DNA of 64,000 nt from Nitrospinales bacterium (GCA_965223795.1 CBDCXL010000002.1:3008001-3072000); one strand, 5' to 3'; shown: positions 12,288 through 22,321, numbered from the stretch's first letter. Notes: generated by a model from the sequence alone, not told the origin. A program made the numbers and translations.

Positions 12288-12461
12288 TCAGGTTATCAGC
12301 CAGAACAGGAAAAAAAACAGGATTCCCGACAGGATCACCTGCCAGATGAAATCGAAGCCCGGACCCGTGAACAGGATGAGCACGGTGCAGATGCTCAGGA
12401 TGACGAAGGCGAGGATCAGCCGGGTGCGTTTTTTAAGTATCGACTTGGGGGATTCTTCCAT
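12288..12461 (-). CDS. Small 57-aa two-TM membrane protein (not in ORF track)
   Basis: Manual translation MEESPKSILKKRTRLILAFVILSICTVLILFTGPGFDFIWQVILSGILFFFLFWLIT*; GGAAGGA upstream; GC3-rich codons. Confidence 0.7.
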   Translation of the reverse strand: MEESPKSILKKRTRLILAFVILSICTVLILFTGPGFDFIWQVILSGILFFFLFWLIT

Positions 12462-12554
12462 CCGTGGAATCCTTCCGTTTGAGTGGGCGTCCTCCGCTGG
12501 CGCGGCACCCGGACCGGCGCGGACTATTCAGCGGCAACGGAGAAACGGCCAATC

Positions 12555-13052
12555 TCACCGGAACAGTTTTTTCATTTCCTGAACCAGCAGAATGTCCTCG
12601 GCTTCGGAAATCACGCAATCGGCTGAAAACTGATTGTCTTCCAGCACTTCCGGTTCCTCGTTGAAAATGGATTTTTTCGGGATTCCCAGCCGCGGATACG
12701 TGTCCAGGTAGTCCTGGATCGCATCGACGCTGAAGGTGTCCTTGATTTGTTCGAGGAACACGTCGTGCACCTTTTCCAGGTGGTAGATCTTTTCCAGCAT
12801 GTCTTTGTAAGTCGAGCCGAGCGTCAGCGCATAGCTTAGTTTGTATGCGTTTTCCTGGTAGTCCGGAGCGTGTTTGTTGTTGCCGTTGTTTCCGTGATAC
12901 AGGTATCTCAGCTGAAACTGGAATTTGTTCAGCTTGTAGAGATTGCGGGAAAATTTTTCCCCGAGCAGGTAGTCCAGACCTGCCTGAATTCCCTCTTCCT
13001 GAGCGATCTCCCGTGCTTCTTCGCAGTAATTTTTAATCTGTTTCTTTGTCAT
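12555..13052 (-). CDS. Hypothetical protein
   Basis: 165-aa ORF with protein-like composition and GAGAGG upstream; no family recognised. Confidence 0.65.
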   Translation of the reverse strand: MTKKQIKNYCEEAREIAQEEGIQAGLDYLLGEKFSRNLYKLNKFQFQLRYLYHGNNGNNKHAPDYQENAYKLSYALTLGSTYKDMLEKIYHLEKVHDVFLEQIKDTFSVDAIQDYLDTYPRLGIPKKSIFNEEPEVLEDNQFSADCVISEAEDILLVQEMKKLFR

Positions 13053-13256
13053 AAGACAGCAGTTTCCTCTCGACGGACTGTTGTTGCTTTCCGGATGGGG
13101 GTCTTCCTGGAAATTTAACTTGGATGGTGTCTTTTGTATCTTTTAATGCCTCCGATGTAAACAACATTTTTTTCCTGTCAGCGGAATCCGCTGTGAATAG
13201 AGGGGAAAAAAATTTGCCCTGCCGATTTAAACGAACTCACAACCGAACGAACCGGT

Positions 13257-13850
13257 TCAGGAGTTCCAGTTGCGGAAACTTTCGCGGGAATGCACGCGGG
13301 CGCACAGGTAGGCGAGATATCGGGTGAAAGAATGGAAAAAGCCTTCGTTCCCCTCGATGGGCTTGACGTAGATGAACCGCATTCCGGCGGACAGGGCGCC
13401 GGCGTCGGTGACGTAATTGTCGCCCACCATGCACACTTTCGCCGGGTCTGAAAGGTGCAGGTGGTTTTTCATCGCCGCCTCGAATCCTTTGGGGTCGGGC
13501 TTGGGGGCGGCTTCGCGCACGATTTCGACGGGGTTGAACTGCTGGAACCGGTCCTCGCTGGAATTGGTGTAGATGGCGACCTTCAAGCCTTTTTCTCGCA
13601 TTTGCCGCACTTTTTCCACCACCGCATCGGGATACACCCGGCAGTGGTGCATCCCCAGCGTCCCGTCTGCATCCAGCAGGACGCCCTCGACGCCGTCGGC
13701 GATCAGATCGTCCAGCGGCAGGTCCTCGATACGCTTTATGGCGAGGTCGGTCTTGAGGTGCGCCGGACAGAAGGGAAGGGTGAGAAAGCGCCAGACCTTG
13801 CCGAACGTCAGCCCTTCGCGGCTGGGGTGGCTTGCAATTGTTTTGGGCAT
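13257..13850 (-). CDS. HAD superfamily IIIA phosphatase (YqeG-like)
   Basis: LLDADGTL (DxD), YTNS, PKPDP, MVGDNYVTD motifs. Confidence 0.85.
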   Translation of the reverse strand: MPKTIASHPSREGLTFGKVWRFLTLPFCPAHLKTDLAIKRIEDLPLDDLIADGVEGVLLDADGTLGMHHCRVYPDAVVEKVRQMREKGLKVAIYTNSSEDRFQQFNPVEIVREAAPKPDPKGFEAAMKNHLHLSDPAKVCMVGDNYVTDAGALSAGMRFIYVKPIEGNEGFFHSFTRYLAYLCARVHSRESFRNWNS

Positions 13851-13923
13851 GGGATTGTGCGATTATTGGCAGGATCCAAGGGTTCCAACCGGGTGATTAT
13901 CTGTTCTGGCCGGGACAATAGCA

Positions 13924-14976
13924 ATGAAAACCTTCCTGACCCTGGTCTGGATCGGGCTTGTGTTTGTGTCCGCCGTTCCTGCGCAGGGTGCGAAATCCGC
14001 GCAAGACTGGTACGCCAAAGGCTTCGAGCAATCGTTGAACGGGCAGACCGATCGGGCGGTGCAATCCTACCGCCGGGCGCTGAAACTCAAACCTGGATGG
14101 GCGGAAGCCCACCACCAGCTGGCGGTTCTGTATTACCGGCTGAAGGACGGGGTGCGTGCGGTCCATCATCTGCGGCAGGCGGAACGATTTTATCTGAAGG
14201 ACGGCGGCGATCAAAGTCAAAAAAACCTCGCCATCGTGCGCAAAAATCTCAAAAAGGCATACGCCGACTTCAACTTGAGCGAAGGCGACTTCGCCGAGAT
14301 GGATGCGCTGCACCCGCCGCCCGCCGGGGAACGCTGGCAGCGCGCGGGAGCCGGGTTTCTGTTCGGCGGCCAGGGGTACCTGCTCACGCTCAACCATTTC
14401 GTCCAGGGGGCGAAAGGCCTGCGCGTGCGTTTCGCCGACGGCGGCACGGCGGGCGTCAAGCTGGTGAAATCCTACCTGGTTTACGACCTCGCCCTGTTGC
14501 GGCTCGATCCTCCGCCACAGTCTCCCGCCAACGCGCTTGAGTTCGCCGGCGCCCTGCAGGTGGGGCAGCCGGTGTTCGCGGTGGAGTACGACTTCGAAAA
14601 AAACGCGGCGCGCGGGGTGAAGCGGGGAAGGCTGCTGGCACTCAAAGCCATCAAAAAGGATAAAAACCTGCTCGAATCGGACCTGCCTTTTCAGAAAACC
14701 CAGCTGGGCGCGCCGCTGTTCGATGCGGCGGGCCGGGTCGCCGGCATCCAGATTTCCAAGACACAGGCCATGAAGGCGTTCAAGACGCACGGCAAGATGC
14801 CGGATGGGGAACTGGCGCTCAATGCGAACTACATCCGCCGGGTGCTCGCACACGTTCCCGGAGTCCGGCTTGCGGCAAAGCAGTTGAAACGGGCGGCCAT
14901 GCCGTCCGCCGATGCCGCCGCGAACATTGAAGAAACAGCGCGACGCAGCCTGCTTCAGGTCGAGGTGGACCGGTGA
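13924..14976 (+). CDS. Secreted TPR + trypsin-like (HtrA/S1C-fold) protein lacking the catalytic Ser
   Basis: Signal peptide; TPR-like repeats; GAGFLF..LTLNHFV and YDLALLRL (His and Asp); LESDLPFQKTQLGAPL in place of IQTDAAINPGNSGGPL. Confidence 0.8.
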   Translation: MKTFLTLVWIGLVFVSAVPAQGAKSAQDWYAKGFEQSLNGQTDRAVQSYRRALKLKPGWAEAHHQLAVLYYRLKDGVRAVHHLRQAERFYLKDGGDQSQKNLAIVRKNLKKAYADFNLSEGDFAEMDALHPPPAGERWQRAGAGFLFGGQGYLLTLNHFVQGAKGLRVRFADGGTAGVKLVKSYLVYDLALLRLDPPPQSPANALEFAGALQVGQPVFAVEYDFEKNAARGVKRGRLLALKAIKKDKNLLESDLPFQKTQLGAPLFDAAGRVAGIQISKTQAMKAFKTHGKMPDGELALNANYIRRVLAHVPGVRLAAKQLKRAAMPSADAAANIEETARRSLLQVEVDR

Positions 14977-15629
14977 AGCGCGCGACGGCGGTTTCGCTGC
15001 TTGCGGGGTGGCTGCTGCTTTTTGGGGCCGCGGCGGGGCAGGGCGTGGAAATCACCGTGGGCCTCACGGGTGATCTGGAATATCCGGGCCTGTTCACGCT
15101 CAAGGGCGAGAGGCAGGAAGCGGGACGGCTGTGCTTTCTGAGCGAGGAGGCGCACGGCAACCTGGACCCGGAATTTCTTGAGATCCTGTCCGGGCAGGGG
15201 GTGCCGGAAGGCGTCTACCGGGTGTCGCCGGCGCTGCCGGAGGAGCAGTGGCCGGTGGGGGAGTTCGTGAAGTTCGGCGCGCTACGGCTGGTGCCCGAAT
15301 CGGAAACAGCGGCGCGGCAGCTCAACGCGCTCAACAAGAAAGGCATCGCGGTGCACGGGCGGGATTTTTATCCGCTCGCGGTGCGTGTGACGGAAAACTC
15401 CAGGATGGTGCGCTTCGTCAGCGACCGGCTGTTCGAGCAGCTGGCCCTCGGCTGGGGGGCGCTGCGCATCTCCAACTGGGACATGGGACGGCTGTACGAC
15501 TTCTACTCGAAAACCACCGCCGCCAAAGAACGCTGGAACGTGCGCGTGAAACGGGTGGAGCTGGAAAGCGTCCGCAGGGTGTGCGAACCGCTGAAAGTGC
15601 AGCGCCGCCTGGGCATGCCTCCGGAGTGA
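14973..15629 (+). CDS. Secreted L,D-transpeptidase (YkuD/Tlde1)-like protein lacking the catalytic Cys
   Basis: Signal peptide; VPEGVYRV, GIAVHG, GWGALRISNWDMGRLY (compare xxGCxRxxNxDxxxLY); GTGA start/stop overlap with upstream gene. Confidence 0.65.
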   Translation: MKRATAVSLLAGWLLLFGAAAGQGVEITVGLTGDLEYPGLFTLKGERQEAGRLCFLSEEAHGNLDPEFLEILSGQGVPEGVYRVSPALPEEQWPVGEFVKFGALRLVPESETAARQLNALNKKGIAVHGRDFYPLAVRVTENSRMVRFVSDRLFEQLALGWGALRISNWDMGRLYDFYSKTTAAKERWNVRVKRVELESVRRVCEPLKVQRRLGMPPE

Positions 15630-15644
15630 TCGTCCCGAAAATGC

Positions 15645-15716
15645 TCAGTCTTTGAGAATGAGTCCGAGAGAAAACGTGAAAATCGCCAGCAGGGCGATCG
15701 CGAAGATCTGGAGCAT
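15645..15716 (-). CDS. 23-aa hydrophobic micropeptide, copy B (not in ORF track)
   Basis: MLQIFAIALLAIFTFSLGLILKD*; paralog of 15960..16031; weak GTGGG-type SD. Confidence 0.6.
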   Translation of the reverse strand: MLQIFAIALLAIFTFSLGLILKD

Positions 15717-15959
15717 CGGTTTTTACCCACTGTGAGTCCTCAATCCCTTCCAACCTATGCCTTTAAGACGGGTTTCCGGCAAGATCGCGGCTAGAAAAAC
15801 GAAAGGATGCAGTGAGGTCTCCGCGAGGATGCAAGCGAGGTGAACACTTGTCTTGAAAGCGTTTGCGGATAGACCTTCCCCGATTCCGCCAGCGGCCCGA
15901 TATCGGGCCCGGCGCGGCAGATTCGGAAGTTTGACGAAGCGGGGATGAAACTCAGAGGC

Positions 15960-16031
15960 TCATTCTTTCGACAGGAATCCGCCGATGAACGCAGCCAGCG
16001 CCAAAAGCACCATGAACATGATTTCGAGCAT
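15960..16031 (-). CDS. 23-aa hydrophobic micropeptide, copy A (not in ORF track)
   Basis: MLEIMFMVLLALAAFIGGFLSKE*; perfect AGGAGG SD 7 nt before ATG; TACAAT -10-like hexamer upstream. Confidence 0.7.
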   Translation of the reverse strand: MLEIMFMVLLALAAFIGGFLSKE

Positions 16032-16146
16032 GGCGAACCCTCCTATTAAATCCGGCAATACCTTTATTGTACCGCTTTAAATCCGGCCTGGGGTGAGAAA
16101 CGCGGGGCGTGCCGCTCTGGAGAAAGAGAGCGGTTTGGCGCGGATG

Positions 16147-16275
16147 GGGATCTTTGCATAAGTCAGCTTGTTACAGAGATAGGGACTTATTGTCACCCTG
16201 AGCTTGTCGAAGGGTGCAGGGAATCATGCTTCGACAGGCTCAGCATGACAGGTCATCGACTTATGCAAAGATTTC
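16147..16275. mobile_element. MITE-like element containing a REP-type palindrome, copy 1
   Basis: 15-bp perfect IR atctttgcataagtc (16150-16164) / gacttatgcaaagat (16258-16272) enclosing tgtcaccctgagcttgtcgaag...cttcgacaggctcagcatgaca (16191-16250). Confidence 0.75.
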
Positions 16276-16282
16276 AATCGGG

Positions 16283-16768
16283 TCAGTCCAGCCATTTGTA
16301 CATCACGAACGCGTCCACGTAGCCCTTTGCGGGGTGGGCGAAGGCTCCGGGCAATCGGCCCACGGTGGCAAAGCCCAGGTCCTGCCAGAGCTTGAGCGCG
16401 TTTTCATTGGTCGAGACCACCAGATTGAACTGCATGGCCTTGTATCCCAGCTCTTTGGCAACGGCCTGCGAGTGCTCGCACAGGGCGCGGGCGATGCCTT
16501 TGCCGCGGGCTTCGGGTGCGACCATGTAGCCGCAGTTGCAGACGTGGCTGCCCAGACCCGGCTGGTTGGGCTTGATATAATAGGTGGCCACGATCTTCCC
16601 GTTTTCCTCCCCCACAAAGGTCTTGTGCGGCGTTTCCATCCAGATTCGCTCGGCCTCGCGTTTCGTCGTTTCCCTCGGATAGGGATAGGTTTCCCCCGCC
16701 ACCACGATGGGCTGGAAGATCGCCCAGATCGCTTCGAAGTCCTGTTCCGTGGCGGCGCGGATGTTCAT
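16283..16768 (-). CDS. GNAT family N-acetyltransferase
   Basis: YMVAPEARGKGIARAL acetyl-CoA motif, QFNLVVSTNE. Confidence 0.92.
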   Translation of the reverse strand: MNIRAATEQDFEAIWAIFQPIVVAGETYPYPRETTKREAERIWMETPHKTFVGEENGKIVATYYIKPNQPGLGSHVCNCGYMVAPEARGKGIARALCEHSQAVAKELGYKAMQFNLVVSTNENALKLWQDLGFATVGRLPGAFAHPAKGYVDAFVMYKWLD

Positions 16769-16801
16769 AGCGAGCTGTTGAATTCGGATATGTCGATGGG
16801 T

Positions 16802-17491
16802 TCACTCCTCATAGCGGTAACCGGCGCCGTGGACGGTGCGGATGATTTTGGGATTCTGCGGGTCGATCTCGATCAGCTTTCTGAGTTTGGAGATGTGCTG
16901 GTCGAGCGTGCGGCTGTTGGGCAGGTAGCGCTGGCCCCAGCAGTGGTCGAACAGGGTGTCGCGGTCCACCACTTTGCCGCGTTGCCTATACAGCAGTTCG
17001 AGGATGGCCACGTCGCGCAGGCTGAGATCGATGCGCGTGTCGCCGCGGCGGGCGCGCAGTTCTTCGGGGTGGATCTCCAGATCGCCCATTTTCACGACGC
17101 GCGGCCGGCCGCCGTCGTTTGGCTGCGCGGCGAGGCAGCGGCGGGTGACGGCGCGGATGCGCGCCACCACTTCGCGCGTGCCGAAGGGTTTCATGATGTA
17201 ATCGTCCGCCCCCAGTTCCAGGCCGACGACGCGGTCGATCTCCTCCGATTTGGCGCTGAGAAAAATCACCGGCACCTGGCTGCCCTGGCCGCGGATCTCC
17301 CGGCAGACGCTGTAGCCGTCCTTGTTGGGCATCATGATGTCGAGCAGCACGAGCTGCGGCGCGCGGCTGTGGAACTGCCGCACCGCATCCTCGCCGTCCA
17401 CGGCGGCGAAGGTCTGGTAGCCTTCGCATTCCAGTAAATCCTGCAAACCCTCGCGGATGTGCTTGTCGTCTTCTGCGATGAGGATTTTCAT
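16802..17491 (-). CDS. OmpR-family response regulator
   Basis: ILIAEDD, LLDIMMP, GADDYIMKPF, winged helix RTLDQHISKLRK...TVHGAGY. Confidence 0.95.
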   Translation of the reverse strand: MKILIAEDDKHIREGLQDLLECEGYQTFAAVDGEDAVRQFHSRAPQLVLLDIMMPNKDGYSVCREIRGQGSQVPVIFLSAKSEEIDRVVGLELGADDYIMKPFGTREVVARIRAVTRRCLAAQPNDGGRPRVVKMGDLEIHPEELRARRGDTRIDLSLRDVAILELLYRQRGKVVDRDTLFDHCWGQRYLPNSRTLDQHISKLRKLIEIDPQNPKIIRTVHGAGYRYEE

Positions 17492-19116
17492 GCGTTTCCT
17501 TTGTGAGCGGGGGTGTCGAGTTTGATTTTAAAGCAGGCTCCCGTGTCCGAAGGCTCCAGCGTGAGATCGCCGCCGTGCAGGCGGGCGAGGTCGCGCGCGA
17601 TGCTGAGGCCGATTCCGGTTCCGGCGACGCCGTCGGTGGTCTTCGAGCTGATGCGGACAAAAGGCTGAAAGATGCGCGCCGCGTCGCGTCGGGGAATGCC
17701 GGGGCCGTGATCCTGCACGGTGATTTCGGTGCGCCCGTTTTCGCTGCGGCTTGCAATGTGAAGCTGTCCGCCGGAGGCGGCGTACTTTTCGGTGTTGCTG
17801 AACAGGTTGTTGAGGATCTGCTCGAGCGCGTCCGGGTCCACCTCCACCGGCGATTCCGCCCCGGCGGAAAATTCGACGGCCACGCCCTTGTCCTTGAGCG
17901 AGGGGGTGAAGTTTTTCAACGTGCCGCGGATGACGTCGTCCACCACCGCCGTCTCGCGGCGCAGCACCAGCCGGTTGCGTCTGGCGCGGGAAAAGTTGAG
18001 CACGTTGCCGATGAGCCGGGAGAGCCGCTGGCTTTCGGAGGTGATCACTTCCAGGTAATGCCGGAAGCGCTTCTGCTCTCCGGTTTTTTCTGTGTCTTCC
18101 GGCAGGTTTTCATCCAAGAGCTCAGCGTAAAGCCGGATGTTGGTGAGCGGTGTTTTGAGTTCGTGCGACACCTGGTTGACGAAGTTGACGCGCTGCTCGG
18201 CGAGCTGCATCTCGCGGCTGTGCTCGCGGTACAGGTAGTAGGCCAGCCCGAACAGTGCTGCGCCCACCACGATCAGCGCACCGGCCACGTTGAACCAGCC
18301 CAGGCCGCCGCCCGCGCCGAGAGCGGAGCCGAAATATTCGAGCTTCCAGCTTCCCAGCGGCGGGCTCAGGGGCAGATGGTGATCGGGAGACGCATCGGGC
18401 TCAGGTTCGAAACGGCCCCACTGGTAGATGACCGTGCCTTTGGAATCTGTGAGGCGGATGCGCGCCTCGCCCAGATGATCCTCCGGCCCGCCGGTGCCGG
18501 GCAGCCGCTCGATCAGGTCCGACTTGAGCCGCACCGGGTCCAGCTCGAAACCGACCAGCGCCTTGTCCGGGCCGCGCCACCAGAACAGGTGGTTCGTTCC
18601 CGTGCCCGCATACCACACGTGCCAGCCCGAAAGGTCCGGCTTCTCGTCGCGCACCGGCGCTTTTGCCAGCGCCTGCTGCGGCGCGGAACGGCCGGCTTCA
18701 GCGGGGGCCGCCGGGATCACGGGGTCCGGTTGCAGGCGCGCCAGCACCGCGCCGGCGCGTTCGAGGAAACGGCGTTCCATCTCGTTGAGGGGCGCGTTGT
18801 CGGGCGGGAACACGCGCTTGAATTCGGCGTCGAAGATCAGCATCTGGCGGAGGTCCGGCCGGGTGCGCAAAAAGGTGCGCACCGCATCGGCGTCACTTGC
18901 GAGCTGTGACGCCTGCGCGGACAATTCTTTTTCCAGCGATTGGAAGTGGTCGGCGAGAGTGGCGTCCACGGTACGCAGCTTGGAAGCGATTAGGGTCTGG
19001 ATCTGGTGATCGTGCAGTTTTTTGTCGTCGCTCAAAACGCGCACGCCCAGCCCTCCCAGCAGGATCAGGGGGATCACCACGATGAGCAGCAACAGGGCGA
19101 GGGGTTTGGTTTTCAA
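17488..19116 (-). CDS. Membrane sensor histidine kinase
   Basis: Two TM segments, H-box VSHELKTPLTNI, N-box, DHGPGI, GTGIGLSI. Confidence 0.95.
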   Translation of the reverse strand: MKTKPLALLLLIVVIPLILLGGLGVRVLSDDKKLHDHQIQTLIASKLRTVDATLADHFQSLEKELSAQASQLASDADAVRTFLRTRPDLRQMLIFDAEFKRVFPPDNAPLNEMERRFLERAGAVLARLQPDPVIPAAPAEAGRSAPQQALAKAPVRDEKPDLSGWHVWYAGTGTNHLFWWRGPDKALVGFELDPVRLKSDLIERLPGTGGPEDHLGEARIRLTDSKGTVIYQWGRFEPEPDASPDHHLPLSPPLGSWKLEYFGSALGAGGGLGWFNVAGALIVVGAALFGLAYYLYREHSREMQLAEQRVNFVNQVSHELKTPLTNIRLYAELLDENLPEDTEKTGEQKRFRHYLEVITSESQRLSRLIGNVLNFSRARRNRLVLRRETAVVDDVIRGTLKNFTPSLKDKGVAVEFSAGAESPVEVDPDALEQILNNLFSNTEKYAASGGQLHIASRSENGRTEITVQDHGPGIPRRDAARIFQPFVRISSKTTDGVAGTGIGLSIARDLARLHGGDLTLEPSDTGACFKIKLDTPAHKGNA

Positions 19117-19153
19117 ATCGGGAATTTACCTTCTTCAAGCCGTGTCCTCCAAG

Positions 19154-19275
19154 GGAGACCTTTGCATACAACGGCTATAGGGTTCGTAAGCCGTCACCCT
19201 GAGCTTGTCGAAGGGTGTGGATGATGCTTCGACAGGCTCAGCATGACAAACAAAAGATTGAATGCAAAGGTCTCC
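19154..19275. mobile_element. MITE-like element containing a REP-type palindrome, copy 2
   Basis: 14-bp perfect IR ggagacctttgcat (19154-19167) / atgcaaaggtctcc (19262-19275) around the same core palindrome (19193-19247) as copy 1. Confidence 0.75.
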
Positions 19276-19292
19276 GAAGAAGGCGAACGGGT

Positions 19293-20627
19293 TCAGTACT
19301 GCTGCTGGCTGTCGCGCTTGAACTGCCGTTCACGCAGGCTCTTGCGCTTCTGGTTCCAGCTCTTGCCGCCGCTCATGTCGTCCTCGTCGCGGCGCAGTTC
19401 CTCTTCCAGCCTCTGCGTTTTCGGCGAGAACAGGCCGAGCTCGCGGTTCTTCTTGATGTAATCGCCGCTTTGCTTCAGGACTTCCTTGGCTTCTTCGTCG
19501 CGTCCCGCATCGCGCAGCACGACCGCGTCCTTGCTCATCTCGTTCACCACCTGCTCGGCGGCGGAATCCATGACCGGCTTGTTGACGTTTTTCAGCACCT
19601 CTTCCTTAGCCTTGCTGAAATTGACCTGCACGGTGCCGCGCAGCGAATCCGCCTTGCGCGCCAGCAGGTCCTGGTAGGACACATCCACCGACGCCACGTC
19701 GCGCTGTTCGCCGGCGGTGCCGGGCGGGACCTCGATCTCCAGCATGACAAATTTTTCCTGGCTGCCGGAAAGCTGGTTGAGGTTCACGTGCACGTTCTGG
19801 CCGATGATCTCCGCGTTGCGGCCGAGCACCCGGATCGGGCGGATCGAGTCGGCGCAATGGATGATGATGCGAAGCTGCTTAGCCACCACCGTGAGCGCGG
19901 TCTTGAACTCGGCGGCGAAGATCCTCGCCAGGTCCGAGGAGTTCTCCACGAAAGCGTGGTGGCCGTCGCTCATGCCCGCCAGCCGGGTCATGAGGTCTTC
20001 ATTGTACCCCAGACCCAGGCCGATCGTCGTCACGCTGATGCCCTCCTTGCCGAGCGACGCGCCCAGTTGTCCCAGCTCGCTGGGCGTGCTGGGGCCGACG
20101 TTGGCGAGGCCGTCCGAAAGCAGGATCACCCGGTTGACGCGGTTGGCGTCGAGGAACTTGCGCACTTCGGCGGCGCCCTTGCTGACGCCCGCGAACAGGG
20201 CGGTGCGGCCGCCGTCGGTGATGGCGCGGATGGCGGCGTAGATCGATTCCTTGTCGTGAAGGCGGGTCGCCGGGACCGCGACGCGCACCACGTCGTCGTA
20301 GGTGACGACGGAAACGATGTCGTCTGCGCGCAAAAGATCGATGGCGAGGATCGCGGCCTCGCGGGCCTTTCTCAGCTTTTCGCCGCGCATCGAGCCGGAA
20401 CGGTCCAGGACGATGGCGAGGTTGACCGGCGCGCGGTCCGTTTCCCCGGGCAGGTCGAAGCCCTTGAGGCCGACCTTGAGAAAGGTCTTCTGGTTTTTCC
20501 CCGCTTCCAGGACGGGGGTGCCGAGGTTCACGTTGAGGTCGATCGTGCGCGCGCTGGCAAGGCCTGTGAACGCGAGTAGAAAAAGCAGCGTCCACAAAAA
20601 GAGGGTTGGTTTACGAAAGCGGGTCAT
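19293..20627 (-). CDS. Secreted von Willebrand factor A domain protein (YfbK-like)
   Basis: Start MTRFRKPTL with signal peptide; MIDAS motif VLDRSGSM; ILLSDGLAN; GLGLGYNEDLM. Confidence 0.9.
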   Translation of the reverse strand: MTRFRKPTLFLWTLLFLLAFTGLASARTIDLNVNLGTPVLEAGKNQKTFLKVGLKGFDLPGETDRAPVNLAIVLDRSGSMRGEKLRKAREAAILAIDLLRADDIVSVVTYDDVVRVAVPATRLHDKESIYAAIRAITDGGRTALFAGVSKGAAEVRKFLDANRVNRVILLSDGLANVGPSTPSELGQLGASLGKEGISVTTIGLGLGYNEDLMTRLAGMSDGHHAFVENSSDLARIFAAEFKTALTVVAKQLRIIIHCADSIRPIRVLGRNAEIIGQNVHVNLNQLSGSQEKFVMLEIEVPPGTAGEQRDVASVDVSYQDLLARKADSLRGTVQVNFSKAKEEVLKNVNKPVMDSAAEQVVNEMSKDAVVLRDAGRDEEAKEVLKQSGDYIKKNRELGLFSPKTQRLEEELRRDEDDMSGGKSWNQKRKSLRERQFKRDSQQQY

Positions 20628-20794
20628 CGCCGGACTCCTGAAGGTTGTGGGTTCTGGTTTGCGGCGGGGCGGCTCTGCCCCTCCGCTGTCTTGAACCCAA
20701 TGTAGAGAACACGGCGTTTTCAAGGGTCAGACCGGTTTGAAAGTTTTGTAAAAAATTTGTGAATCCGGCCATCGTAGAAAAAATAATCCGTTTT

Positions 20795-22321
<1,527 letters not shown>

